A program made the translations under genes and the position numbers. A DNA stretch of 64,000 bases from positions 823,620 to 887,619 of the forward strand of contig NW_015166427.1 in NCBI RefSeq assembly GCF_001447785.1. Direction: 5' to 3'. The notes under the pieces were generated by a model. That model did not search any database. It saw nothing but the letters and a program-made list of their open reading frames with translations, and had not been told where the DNA came from. Shown here piece by piece: positions 38,322 to 51,621 of this stretch. Source of the DNA: Gekko japonicus. Lineage: Eukaryota. Within the stretch, counting starts at the first letter, position 1; each line of letters begins with the position of its first letter.

Positions 38322-38794
38322 GTAACAAAATTAATCTGTGTGTTTTTATTTCACTTTTCTTTTATCCTGTCTGTCCTCCGAAGATTCTAGGGCAGTACAC
38401 ACAATGATTTTATTTTGCTGTACTAAAGCACTTTCCAGCTTTTAAAATGTGCTTTTAAGCATTTTAACCAATATCCACTGTATGGTGTATACTCGCTGCT
38501 TTTGTGACAGCAATCCAGAGATGTGCTTGCATTACAGCCGCTAAATGTATTGGGAGTTTGACAGTGAGATTCTAACCAGAGTTTAACACCCATTTAAGCT
38601 CAGATGTAAATGGATTTGGAAGGGTGTAACTCTGTTTAGGATTGCATTGTTAGTCAGTTTCCTATTCACCATAATCCTAACCCTACTCCCTCTGCACTGC
38701 AGCCCCTTCAGTTTAGCATGAACATTCCTGAGTACAGGTTGACCAAGAAACTGGTGCATACAACCATTTGTGTGTGTGTGTGTGTGTGTGTATA

Positions 38795-39066
38795 GCCCTG
38801 ACCTGGATAGCCCAGGCTAGCCCAATCTCGTCAGACCTAACCCTGACTAGTATATGGATGGGGGACCTCGAAGGAATACCAGGGGTGTGATACAGAGCTA
38901 GGCCATGGCAAAACCACCTCTGAAATGTCTCTTGCCTTAAAAACAAGTCTAGCTCACCACCTAGTGGTGCATAATACTAATAGCGCTGGAACATTTGGCT
39001 GCCAGGCAATCTTAGGATCTCCTCGCTATACTATACAAACTGGCATATGATAATTATTAATTATTG
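38795..39066 (+). mobile_element. 5S-derived SINE with alternative (TTA)n-ending tail
   Basis: Reverse complement of 877-1168, including the head/tail junction CTTGCCTTAAAAACAAGTCTAGCTCACCACCTAGTGG. Confidence 0.75.
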
Positions 39067-39519
39067 TACATATTAAGGCATCACTCTGGATTATAGCTGG
39101 CATTGTGGTTAAATACAATCAAATAAACAGCATGTTGCAATTGAAATGTTAATTTGTTAGAACATCAGGTTTAAAAATGTTTAAATAGTTAATTGCTATA
39201 AACATTTCAGTACTCCCACTATAAACTAGAGTAAAACAGTTGAGCCTGATTCATTGGACTTATATCCTGCTTTATGTGCTTGGAGCAGCTGACAGCAGTC
39301 TTCATGCAAATAAAAATGTGTTTCTCAGGACTACATTCTCAACTGGTTTTTGAAGCTGAGCATTCTGTGACCTTTTAAACAAAGCTATAGTTGGAAGCTG
39401 TAAATACTAATATGGATTCATGCACACTTTGCTTTTTAATAATATAAATTTTAAAATTGCAAGAAGAAATCATTTTAGAATTAAGAGACTGAAACTGAAT
39501 TTTTTCCCCTCTTTTGCAG

Positions 39520-39753
39520 CATTATCCAGGAAATACTGAGAATATTGACACTGGTTGGACAAATTCTCTTTTCTTTGGCTGCTGTCTTCTTCATGTGTCT
39601 TGTTTTAAAGACTTATCTAATAGGACCATACTACCGCAAGTTGCACGTGGAAAGCAAAGGAAATAAAGAAATCCTAGTTCTAGGAATATCTGCTTTTAAG
39701 ATTTATTAGATGTTTCAATGGAACTGGGCGCTTTTATGTTTTTTATGTTAATG
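39520..39753 (+). CDS. TMCO3: TMCO3 exon 9 (contains a 38-nt frameshifting insertion at 39699-39736)
   Basis: ttgcag|CATTATC...TTAATG|gtaatc; [22 protein letters not shown]...[11 protein letters not shown][insert]MFFMLM. Length is 196 nt without the insert. As assembled there is an in-frame TAG at 39707-39709. Confidence 0.9.
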
Positions 39754-42287
39754 GTAATCTTTCTAAATTTTCATATTTATTAAAATGTACATGGAGTACT
39801 TTTTCATGGGGAAAGGTAGCGTTTGGCCACTAGATATGGGTTTATTGGTGAAAAGAAAACCAGATTTTCTTGTTTGGCTTGTAAAGACTCCTAAATTGGT
39901 ACTATCAATAAATCTAATTTACAGAGCCCTAATATTAACTCTCTAAAACTGAATGTGTTAATTGTGCGTTAGAAACAGAGAAGTGGCTATTATGAATGGG
40001 GGAGCATCCCACCCACCCTTCTAAAATCTTCATGTTGCTCTGTCCGTAGTCGTCTACCCAACAGCAATTATCTGGTGCATTTTGTTTTTAAAGCTTTTGT
40101 GGTTTTAAAAAGCTACTTGTGCTAATAACAGCAAGAGATGCTACAACATCTGAGCTCATGGCTGGGTTGTCCATTTGATCAGGTTTCGAAAATGATCATA
40201 AAATCACTGTAGCGTTGTAAGAGGCTCTCTGTGTGCACACGTGCATACATCCCTATGTATTATAAAATGTATACATTGTTAGTCTTACGGCATGTAAAAG
40301 ACTGGTCTGTTTATTGTGGAATAAGCAGTTATTGGCTAGAGACCACTTCATCAGTTGAGGGGCCTAACAGTGCAATCCTGTGCCATGCCAAATCTAAGCC
40401 CACTGAAATTAGCAAGATCAGATTCTGCGTAAATTCACTGTATGTTACAGAAGAGGGCCTGGCTCAGTGGTATGGTACCTGCTTTGCACACAGAATGTCC
40501 CGGGTTCAGACTCGGGCATCTCCCGCTAAGAGATCTCGGGTAGCAAACTCAAACAAAAACTACATCAAAAGGCCAAGCCAAGTGCGAGCCACCGAAGTGT
40601 TGTGTAATATTCAAGGCACAAATAAATGCAGGATCCAGTTAATATGGATGTGGCCCTTACCTGATTAGTGCCCACTGTTAATGATTGGGCATAGCAAGAT
40701 GAATAGTGGAAAGAATTACTTAGAGGGACAATTGCTTTCGGCAGTGAGCTAACTATACCCAGTATAAAATTAGCTGTCTCGGTTTCCTGTCTCTTAAAAC
40801 CCCTTTTTTCTGTAGTGTTTTGATCTCAAAATCCATTACACAACATCTTGGGGAACTGAAATAGTCATCCATTGATTTCTTCGTATTACCATTTCTAATG
40901 AGTAGTTGCTTCAGTTCAGAGGAGCTGATGTGGTCTAGACATGTTAATAGCAAAGTGGAAATCATCAGTTTAAAAGATAGATTTTTCTCAAGGATGCCCT
41001 TTGGGAATAGGAGTTACAGGGTAGGTCGAGGAAGAAAATAACTGAATGCTACTTGTAACCCAGCTGCTCTTGGCTAAAACCACTCCAGCCTATAAGGGTC
41101 AAGGACCTATAGCACGTCCTGAAAAATGATTTGTTCCCTCTCCAAACGTTGGCTAAATGCCTCCTTTTGTTTAAATTAACATGAGTCTAGAGGAACCATA
41201 AAGACTAACAATATTTTATTCCAGCATTAACTTTTTTGGACTGTTCTTCCTCTGCTGCCCTGGAAACAATGGCTACCAAATGGAAATTAAAACCTAGGGA
41301 CTAGTCCCTACACAAAACCCACTATCAGTGCTGTCTCTGTTGCTTCTGTAAAGTGTTGTGTGTGCAGCCATTTCATTAAGAGCTCATTCAACTGGATATC
41401 TTCTAACATGATGAAAGTTATTATTAGCCAACAGTGTTTTTCGTTTGTTTACATAGCCCAATGAGATTAGTTTTTCCTATAAGGACATAAATGGACACAA
41501 TAATTAAAAATGGGAAAACTCAGAAACCAGTAAGGGTTTTTTTCTCTGTGTCTCCTGTGATATTCTGTAGCAACAGGCTTTAAGGAAAATGTACTTCACC
41601 ATAAAATAACTTCAAAGCATAGTCTGACATGAACCAAGCAAAATTGGAATTTATCAGCAAATTTGCCACTCTTAGACTTGGCCTTACGATTGCTTTCTAT
41701 AGTAAGCTATTATCTCTTTAAGGATTTATGTTGACTGTTCATCTTTTGGTAGTTCATAGCCAGCATACCCAGCTTAATTAGATCTTTCAGTCTTTTGTGT
41801 TCTTCATAATCATTTTGTAAAAATGTTGTAAAGAAACTCCCTTCTCTGTGCACTTGTGGTACTACAAATACACCCTGTGTCACATGACCTTTGAATGCAA
41901 GTCGTTTCTAAGCCTAGAAATCTTTTAATTCTTCCTTTGCTCCGAAATAGAAATCAGATTGGAGATTTTACCTCTTTTCTTAGAAGATACAGCAGAGCTA
42001 TGATTTTTAGCTGCGATTTAAGTATGCAAAATCTTATGTATCTGTGATAGATTTTCACAGCCGTCTGAATGGGGTCTAGCTTTTTCTACACTTTAGTAAT
42101 CTGTTTAGAACTAGTAAATTAAGAAGTAGCATGAGGTAGATCTAAAGATATAACTACATACCGAGAGGTAAGCATTTCTTGCGTCTGCTGAAGTATGTCT
42201 GGCCCATGAAAGCTTACTCTACAATAGCCTCTAAGGTACCTTATATAAATGTGTTCACAATCCAGGTTTGTTTCTCATTGTTGCAAC

Positions 42288-42464
42288 TAGAGCTGTCAAC
42301 TGCCTGGAGAAAAAAAGCCTTTTAATAGAGGCTTAACGGCATGTTATTTACCAGGTTATGTTATTTATCTCCTTGCCATAGAAAGTTTCAGAACCTCAAT
42401 TTCTATACATTAAGCCTGTCTTAAAGGGACAGGACATTTTTCTTGAGCCCTGTTGGTAACTGTA
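42288..42464. mobile_element. hAT MITE (degenerate TIRs)
   Basis: 8-bp TSD GTTGCAAC; related copy at about 50371-50555. Confidence 0.65.
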
Positions 42465-43143
42465 GTTGCAACATAGGGCATTTTATAATTCGTAAAGAGA
42501 TTAGAATTTTTAGAAGCCTTAACAGAATTGGATCACTTCATATGCCTATATAGCATCATGCTTTCTTTTCTACATTGTAATTATTAAAACCCTAATAAGG
42601 AAGCAACTTTTTACATTAAATGAAGTAGACTTTCTTTCCAACAGGGGTAGCCATGTTAGTCTGTTACAAAGACTAAATAGCAGAGGGGTTTTGTTTTGTG
42701 GCACCACAAAGTTATTGTGGCACAAGCTTTTGCAGAACCAGAGCTCACTTTTTCAAATGCATGAAGTGTGGACCTCAGTGGGCAGAAGTATATACATAGA
42801 TAGCTACAAAGATAAAAAGAATGGGGAATGGGAAGAAGTACTGTGAAATAAGGTGTATTACATTACCATGCAGAGAATGAATGAAAGCCAGATCCAATGA
42901 GTGAATGATTCAGTTAGACTAGAACACTCCCAACAGGTGATAAACTGACCAGATAAGGGGATCAGTGTTTCTGAAGAGACGATAGCTTTCTACAGTGAAC
43001 TGAACACCCTAGTCTCTATGCTTTCTGTAAGATTTAAGTATGCAAAATTTAAGTATAACCTTGCATTTTCATGCAAGGAATTCATTGAAGCAAGTTACCA
43101 TTCAGAAAACTATCATCTCTTTTTGTTTCCTCTCTCCAAACAG

Positions 43144-43294
43144 ATTACAGATTTATTAGATGTTTCAATGGAACTGGGATGCTTTCTTTCAGGAGCACTT
43201 ATTTCTTCTCAGGGTCACATGGTTACTGAAGAGATCATGTCCTGCATTGAACCAATACGTGACTTCCTTGCCATCATATTCTTTGCATCAATTG
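43144..43294 (+). CDS. TMCO3: TMCO3 exon 10
   Basis: aaacag|ATTACA...ATTG|gtaatt; [50 protein letters not shown]. Confidence 0.96.
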
Positions 43295-43955
43295 GTAATT
43301 GTCACAGTAATGCATACAAACGATGTTTAATTTCACTAGTTTACCAGGCAAAGAAGAAAGAGGGCATCTTCTGTATTTTGCTGGTGAAGCAGAGCACCTT
43401 GGTAGCAGTGGAATCAGGTGTTGTGATGGCACAAAATGTTCGTGAACATTGTAGTTGCTCAGGGAACAAAGAACTGAGGGCCATTAAGCATGTTTTTCTT
43501 GAATAGGAGCCCCCCTTGACTTATGGCAAATTGCTTTTGAAACAAAAAGGATATTCCAGATCAGTTTGTGATATGCTTGGGGAGAAGCTGATAAAAGAAA
43601 AAGGAGTACAAAAAACCCCACCAACTACTATTTTGAGTCTGACAGAATCTTCGGTGTCTGCTTCTCTGAGAGAACAGAATGCTGTCAGTTTGGTTAAAAT
43701 ATCATGCAGGTCCTAGAGACAGGAGTAGCCTTGTGGGGTGTGAGGGGTAGAAAGAGGCCCGGAAGGTAGGGGAACTAAGAGGGCATGGTGCTGAAGAAGG
43801 ACAAGGTGGTTGGATATGGGGGGGGGGGAGGCAAAGTAGGTAATGGATTGGGGGGGGAACTGGAGGACAATAATACTAGCACGTTATGTCTTCAACTGGT
43901 TGTAGTATTGTTTTAAGTGTTTTAATCGTTTTTATTGTTATTTATGCATTGTTTT

Positions 43956-44298
43956 GGGAGCTGCGGTGGCTCAAGTGGTTAAGACGCTGAACTGCAGGCT
44001 GTGGACGGTCAGTAGTTCAGCAGTTCGAGACCCGAGTGTGCCGCATGACGGAGTGAGCTCCCATCTCTAGTTCCAGCTCCTGCCAACCTAGCAGTTCGAA
44101 AGCAAGAAATTGCAAGTAGATAAATAGGTACCACTTCAGTGGGAAGGTAACAGCGTTCCGTGCACCTTGGTGTTTAGTCATGCCGGCCACATGACCACAG
44201 AAACGTCTTCGGACAGCACTGGCTCTTCGGCTTTGAAACGGAGATTCAACCCTAGAGTTGGATTCGACTGGCTTTCAAGCAAGGGAACCTTTACCTTT
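43956..44298 (+). mobile_element. Full-length Sauria SINE inserted in an L2-type tail
   Basis: tRNA-like head GGTGGCTCAAGTGGTTAAGACG, core CCTAGCAGTTCGAAAGC..GTAGATAAATAGGTACCAC, ACCTTT tail, TSD TTTATGCATTGTTTT. Confidence 0.88.
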
Positions 44299-45246
44299 AT
44301 GCATTGTTTTATGTAAGCGAACCTTTATCTTTACCTTTATGCATTGTTTTATGTAAGCCGCCCTGAGCCAGCTTCGGCTGGAAAGGCGGGGTAGAAATCT
44401 GATCAAATAAATAAATAAATAAATAAAATGCTTTGAGGAAGAGAGGGTACATGAACTTGATCAGGAGACTATTTCATATGTTGAACTGGCTGTGTTAGTT
44501 GCAGGCTCCTAGTGTCCTTTAAAGCTGTAATTTTAAGCACAGCTATTTAGAAATGGATATTTGTAACTTAAATTTTAAATACATTTTGGATTTGGGTGGA
44601 AATGTAACCAGTAACCAGTTATGATGGCTTGGCTCCTAACTACTTACCGGTGAGAGTCAAGTCCATGGATTAGGATTTCCTAGCCTCTCCCTAGCTGCTG
44701 CTTCCCACTGAAATTTTGCTCCTGGGTGTAAAGAGATCTTAAACACTAGCTATTTACTAAGTTACAAATTCTAGAGTCAGTAGAAACTGGGGAGGTACCG
44801 TTTCATGTTCATCAAACAAAAGCAAATTAGTTAACAGACACTCCTGTAACTAGCTGTATGTGTCCCAAGGGGTTTAAAATCTCCTCCCTCCTTAAAAGCA
44901 GCTCTGTTGTGCTCTGTAACTTTCTGAAATTGATAAGAACTGTTCAAACAATTCACAGTATGACATAAAGGTCACCTGCTCAAAGAAAAATGTAGAAACA
45001 TCCACTTTATGTCTCCTTTATCGGGACCACTCACAAGGTTCGCCGTATGTGTAGGACCTTGTAAGACCAGGATTCTGGTCATGTTTTGTTTAGTGGTGTG
45101 GGACCTGAGATTATCAGATATTTTGGTCCTGCCATTCACAAGAATGGACCAAAGTATAGAACTGGCAAATATCTAACTCAAATGGCTAGGCTTGAGCACA
45201 GCCTGAAAGGGGGGAAAATAACTTCCAGAGTTTGTGATATGCATAA

Positions 45247-45465
45247 AAAAGGTAAAGGTTCCCTTGCTCGAAAGCCAGTCGAATCCGACTCTAGGGTTGC
45301 GGTGCTCATCTCCGTTTCAAAGCCGAAGAGCCAGCGCTGTCCGAAGACGTTTCCGTGGTCATGTGGCCGGCATGACTAAACACCAAGGCGCGCGGAACGC
45401 TGTTACCTTCCCACCAAAGTGGTACCTATTTATCTACTTGCAATTTCTTGCTTTCGAACTGCTAG
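45247..45465 (-). mobile_element. 5-prime-truncated Sauria SINE
   Basis: AAAGGTAAAGGTTCCC tail and reverse core; ATGCATAAA flanks both sides. Confidence 0.85.
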
Positions 45466-47422
45466 ATATAGATGCATAAAGTAGGTTGAATCCTAAAGCT
45501 CCCTTCCACTTGCATCAGATTTCTGCTGATTTCCCCTCCCCCTTTCTCGAGCATGCACCCTGCAGTTTCCTAGTGTCCACCAGTCCACAGGGGCAGGGTT
45601 TTAGGGCATATAGCAGGCTATAGTGGGAAGCAAAAGCCAGAAAAATTCTTCTGTACGAGCACCTCTTGGAATCTATCTCATTATCACCTAGGAAGTATTT
45701 ATCAAACCTTCATTTACTTTGTTGCCAGTGAACATGTCAAAACAGGTTTCCAGCCTAGGGAGTGGAGCTGTGCCTTTGCCATATGTAGATTTCCCCCAGG
45801 TCTGATCAGGTCCAGTCCTCTTATCCTGCCCAGGGCCAGGGCAGCTCCTCTTCCTGGTCCCCCCCCCTTTACCTGTGCCTTCTCAGGCTTTCCCAGCAAG
45901 CTTACCTTCCTCTCTTTCTACTTTCTCCTGAGAACTCCATGCTGGTCAGGTTTGCATGAGGCTGGCCACAGCCCCCAGCTTCTCCCCAACCAAAGGAACT
46001 CTGCCCCCCCCACTCCCCGACACTGCCCTCAGCATCTAATTGGTGTGGGGAAGGCTGTCCTGTGGGTGGTGCAGCCCTGCTCTTACTGGGACCATCATGC
46101 TGCCGCCGCCATTCCAGGTGGTATCCTGCCCCTTCTTGGAGTAGCTGTTGCATTTGGCCCAGTGGGTCAGGCCTCCTGTGTCCTCTGCTGCTGTGCTGTC
46201 GTCTTGCCACATTACATATTAGTCTGCAGTTCCATGTGTGCTTACCTGGGAATAAGGGGGAAAGTATCAGGCTGCAACTGTGTCATAGTCACTCTAGACA
46301 AAATCAATTATCCCACATTTATTTAAATTCTATCCCACTTCATCTCAATAAATAATATATATCTGACTATATTAAAGTACATAAACTTACGCTACTGTGA
46401 CCAGAAAACTGAGGGTATAAAAAATGCTTCCACCCAAGAATTCACCTCAGTGTTTCAGTTATTGTGACTGTTCTCTGTCCATAGCCCTGCTGGCAGAAGG
46501 GAGGGGGGTTGGAGATAGGAGCCACTGCTCTCCCAGCACTCAAGCTTTTAGTTATGCTAATGGATAACTGTATCATCCCCTGCTAGTAAGTCACACCTTG
46601 AACCATAAAGCTGGAAAGACTAAAGTGATAGAAGGAGAACTCTTCCTTTGGGACAGAAAGGGCATCCCAAAAGTGTGTGTGGGGGGAGAGAACTTATAAG
46701 AACTTTGGACATAAGGAAGAGGGGTTTCTTCCATTTTGGGCAGCTCTTAAGATGGGCTCAAGCCATGGTGAACAAAGCTTCCACCAAGGATCTCCATCTT
46801 TTCCGTGATTGCAGGGGACAGTGGAGAGGAGTAATGATGAACTTGTACTGCAACTTAAAGCAAAGTTTGCCTGTCTTAAATCGGACATCATTAAGGAAGT
46901 ACTTATAGAAGGGAGAGAGGACAGTGTGTTTTCACCATTTCTTTGTTCCCTTGCTAAGCCCAAACATAACGTGTATTCTTTCATTAACTTGTTAAACTTC
47001 CTTATATTTTGAACCATCTGGAAACTCACTGTTCCTATTTAGTCCTGCATTCTGAAATGTGGTAACAGGGAGGGGCAGCAGAGAAGTTTACCATCCCTGG
47101 AGCACAATAGCTTTAACAGGCAAAGTTGTGATGAATTCTGTATACTTGTACAAATGTTGTGGGAGGCAGGGCAACTAGGCAGCACAGGTACAGAGTGTTA
47201 GATGTATGACTCTGTCTGGCAGGAGATACTCCCAAGAGTCATTAATGGTTACTCAGTTTGTAACTGGCACCATTGAGGAGCAAGGGGAAAGGGTGCACTG
47301 CCAAAGAGAGACTTGAAGCAGATGTAGGGTTCTTCTTACTTCTGAGGGTCCAATCAGGAGGAACAGGGAAGGGCTTCACAGAGGAACAGAAATTGAAATG
47401 AGCTTCTCATTCTTTTACATAG

Positions 47423-47595
47423 CAGTAAAAAGCCCAGTAGCAACTTTAGGACTAACAAACTTTATTGTAGCATCAGCTTTCGAGAAACATAGCCCTCGTT
47501 GTCAGATGCACCTAGCGATGAGGGCTGTGTTTCTCGAAAGCTTATCCTGCAATAACATTTGTTAGTCTTAAAGATGCTACTGGGCTTTTTACTAT
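47423..47595. mobile_element. Penelope-like inverted terminal pair (about 170-bp palindrome)
   Basis: AGTAAAAAGCCCAGTAGCA...CTTTCGAGAAACA / TGTTTCTCGAAAG...TGCTACTGGGCTTTTTACT; each arm has a degenerate CTGANGA..GAAAGCT core. Confidence 0.65.
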
Positions 47596-49213
47596 TTTGC
47601 AGCCACACAGCTAACTCCTGGATCTATTCTTTTACATGTTGACTTTGTTCCTTGGTTATGTGGAATATTCAAACATGGTATGTTCAAATGTAAATTATTT
47701 TTATCTCACTTGATGCAGAAGATGGAAAAATCTAAGGCCGCAAGAAACAAGAGGAATCAAATACTGTGTGGTATAAAGGCCTTTTGCCATCCACTGTTGC
47801 AGGAGCTCATGTGCTTGGCAACTTCCCAGAGTGCAGTCCTGAAGCAAATATCTAAAATATTATTTATTCTGCCACTTAATTTTTTTTTTGCCAACGTCAT
47901 ATCCTTGAGTGTTGGTGGTTTAATAAACCAATGAAGTGTAATAGCAGTCATCACTAAGAAGGCTTTGAATCTTGGGTCAGATACTTTATTTAGGCGTGAT
48001 GCTGGCAAGGCAAAATAACTTACCTATGGGACTTCATGCTCCCATGCAGTTTAATTTAAACCAGGGCTGCTGCCACCTATTCAAAACAGCTCTGGTGCTT
48101 AGTTTAAAATATCAGCACAATACCCACCTGGGCTACCAGTCTCTGGAGTGCTTTTTGAGCAGGTAAAGTTGCTTTTGCATGGATGGCAGCCCAGTTTAAA
48201 TGAAAGTCACAAGGTTAATTGCTTTTTCCCCATTAGCATCATGTTTAAATCAAGCCTTGAGGTTTACAGCAATGTGAACTGGCTATAACAATACTATTTT
48301 TAATAGGGCTGAGTTCAGATTGGGTGGGCTAATGTTTTTGTTCCGAGTGAAAATTTGTTGTTGATATTTGGTGGAGAGTCAGGATGGTTATAAATAAGCC
48401 CAAAGAACTCATTCAGTGTCTCTTCAGGGTAAAGGCAATGGTTTCTGCCTTCACTTTAACTTTACTTAGATGCTGTTAGATAACCAAACATGATTGGTTG
48501 CATGGTGCTTAATGCCCACATGCATATATTGACCACAAAACATTTGGCCCTGAAGCAACAGAATGAGGAATTTAGCAGGTGCCTATAGTATAGGCTGTAA
48601 ACAAGATGAATATCAGTAAGTTGTACCTCAGAAAACATTTCGTCTTTCCTCACATACCTTCTTTCTGTACTGAACATGCAAAAATACAAAAAAATGTTTT
48701 ATTTAACTGCCCTAATTTTAGAACACCACTGTATTTCATTCACTATTTTGAAAGATGAAAATATTTAATACGATTTTTTACCCTGCCCCCAGCTCCATTT
48801 TCTAGTTTTTCTACTTCAGGCCTCAGGCCCCTGTATTTTCCCCTTGGCATTTGCATCTTGGTTAGAGTGCTGGACTGGACTGAGATTCAAATACCTGCAT
48901 TGAAGCTAGCTAGGTGACCTTGGGTCAGTCATACACTCTTAGCCTAACTTACCTCACAGAGTTGTGAGGATCAAATGAAGGAAAGGAGAATGGTATAAGC
49001 TGCTTTGGATCCCCAGTAGGGATTGGCAGGGTATAATTATGTAGCATAATTTTAATTATGTAGCATAATGAAGCCATCAAAATCTTGTGACGCGCTAGGC
49101 TTTTTATTTGACACAAATAACATTTCATCATTACATTCTTATATACTTTAATACTTAAAAGACAAAACTAAAGTAAAAGAACTGTTTCTTCCCACCCCTC
49201 CTTTCTCTTGCAG

Positions 49214-49293
49214 GTCTTCACGTTTTTCCTACATTTGTCATTTATGAACTCACAGTCCTGCTGTTCCTTACATTTTCAGTTGTAATAATGAAG
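49214..49293 (+). CDS. TMCO3: TMCO3 exon 11
   Basis: ttgcag|GTCTTCAC...ATGAAG|gtatac; [27 protein letters not shown]. Confidence 0.95.
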
Positions 49294-49390
49294 GTATACT
49301 TTTAAACATCTTATAATACAACTAAATGTTAAATGTAAAATTGAGGTATCATGTTATCAGGTGGGTAGCCATGTTGGTCCAAAGCATATG

Positions 49391-49786
49391 TAGGGCTGCC
49401 AGACTCCCCCCATTGGAGGCGGGGGTCCCCTGCTGACAGGCTTCACCTCCTCACTGCCGATCAACTGGCCAGTGGGAGGGGGGACTTACCACGAAAAAGA
49501 GGGAGATCCACCTGATGTACACCGACGTGTCTACATCACTGCCCACATGACCCGGAAGTGACATCATCACATCCGGGACATTGGGGTGACACTGGTATTT
49601 GGGCAAAACTCTGTGGTAGAAGCCAAATTTACCATAGAGTTTTTGCCCAAGTACCAGAGCATCACCCCAACATGATGTCACTTCCGGGTCACATTGGCAG
49701 TGACGTAGACATGTTGCTGTATGTCAAGTGGGCCTCCCTACTAGTCTGGGTAAGTCCCCCCTGCCCTGCTGGACCTGGCAACCCTA
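49391..49786. mobile_element. hAT MITE with long internal inverted repeat
   Basis: TAGGGCTGCCAG...CTGGCAACCCTA; internal palindrome at about 49525-49715; relative at about 53143-53478. Confidence 0.75.
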
Positions 49787-51471
49787 AGCAGCAGTTATTA
49801 CAATGCTCAGGACAATGGAACTTCCAGAGCTTAATAGAGATATCAGTTTCTTATCTCTCTATACATGGTAACGTCATTCAGTTCTTGCATTTCTTTGTAA
49901 ACTCTTTTACTATGCTGTTATTTGCTGCTATTCATAGGTCATATCTACTGCCTTAATTCAATTTTAGCTATATTTATTGCTCAGTTACTTATGCATCTTG
50001 ATGCTAATTAGCCCTTCCTGTCAACACCCTCCCCACCCTCTACCTATATGTAACGATTGGTGACTTTCGTTTCAGTGTATCTAAAGAAGTGTGCAGGCAC
50101 AGGAAAGCTTATACCCAGAATAAAACTTTGTTGGTCTTAAAGGTGCCACTGGGCTTAAATTCAAATATCAGCTTTCCCATTTTAAAAATTTTCCACAGGG
50201 AGGTACTTGTGCTTCTGATAAAGAGAAATGGAGCCAGGCCCAACTGAAAATCTTCCTGCATTTCAGTTAACAGGTGTGGCCAAATACTGTTATTGGTTGC
50301 CCTATGCATCAGAAGCGATACCTCCAGCCACTTCTGTTGGGCTTTTATGTTGAGTTACTTGCACCGTCCTTATGGTTGCCAGCTGTCTAGAGAAAAAAAA
50401 TGTTCTGTCCTTTTAATAGATAGAGGCTTTAATAGATAGAGGCTTAATGGGATGTTTACCTCCATGCCATGAAAAACCTCAGTGGCCCATTTCCACACAG
50501 TAAGCCTCTTTTTAAAGGACACAACATTTCCCCCATGCCTGTTGGCAAACCCTTTCAGTCGTATAAATGGATATTTGATATTGGACGGTGGCATTCTGTT
50601 GTGTAAGAGTACCATGGCAGCTTTTTAATTGGGATTTGACCATAGTCCAGGGCTGATGTAGTGACAGCCCCATTTATACTGTTATGCTGGAGATTGCTCC
50701 CTGAGTCAGGATTGCTTAAATGATGCTGGGGGTAACATTGTGGGGGCAAAACCAATAATCTGCTTTTTAAAGGAAAAAAGGAAAGGCTGTACAATCCAGC
50801 AAACTGCATTGTAAGTGCATGGGGACAGAGGGTTTCCTTGATTGTAAGATATAGGATTCTGTTGTAGTACTGATGGTTCAAGCTGCTGTTTGCACTCTCG
50901 GAGTGAATGCAAATTTATTGGATTAGTTTGTGTAATATGTGTTTCTTGTTTGTGGTGGTGGTGGTATGAAACTATATTTGATTAGCTCTTCCAATTAAGG
51001 TATTTTCTATCCTGTTTCAAGTTTACAAAGCGTAAGCCATCTTTAACATCAACAAAAATACAAACAATAATGGTGATAGGGTTACAACACCAGTCAGTTG
51101 GCTGTTTTCCTTATTTCACATAAACATGTACATGATTGTGTGGGCTGTAAAATGTAGACACGGGTTATAAGTGAAATATGCATCTCACAAAAAAACCTTC
51201 TGAAATGCATTGTACTATACTTTGTGCTACATACACCAAATCATTAATTCTTGGCTTGACTTGATTAATCTAGAGAAACTACTGCCCCCCATTTCTGTAG
51301 CAGCAGTGAGACATAAAAGTATAAGGTTTTTGGTTGCTGTTGCAAAACCCCAAAACCTTATATCATTATCCATTGGGCAATATGATTCCTTCTGCTTATT
51401 TCTTTTTAAGTTAACTTGCCTGTGTTTTTCCACTGTATGTCTAAAAAAACCTCTCTCTATTTCTCTCAAAG

Positions 51472-51621
51472 TTTTTCCTGGCGGTAGTTGTCCTTTCTCT
51501 GATTCTTCCAAAGAGCAGTCAGTACATCAAATGGATTGTATCTGCAGGTTTGGCTCAAGTCAGTGAGTTTTCCTTTGTCTTGGGAAGTAGAGCACGCAGA
51601 GCAGGGATAATTTCTCGAGAG
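51472..51621 (+). CDS. TMCO3: TMCO3 exon 12
   Basis: tcaaag|TTTTTC...CGAGAG|gtgagt; [50 protein letters not shown]. Confidence 0.96.
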
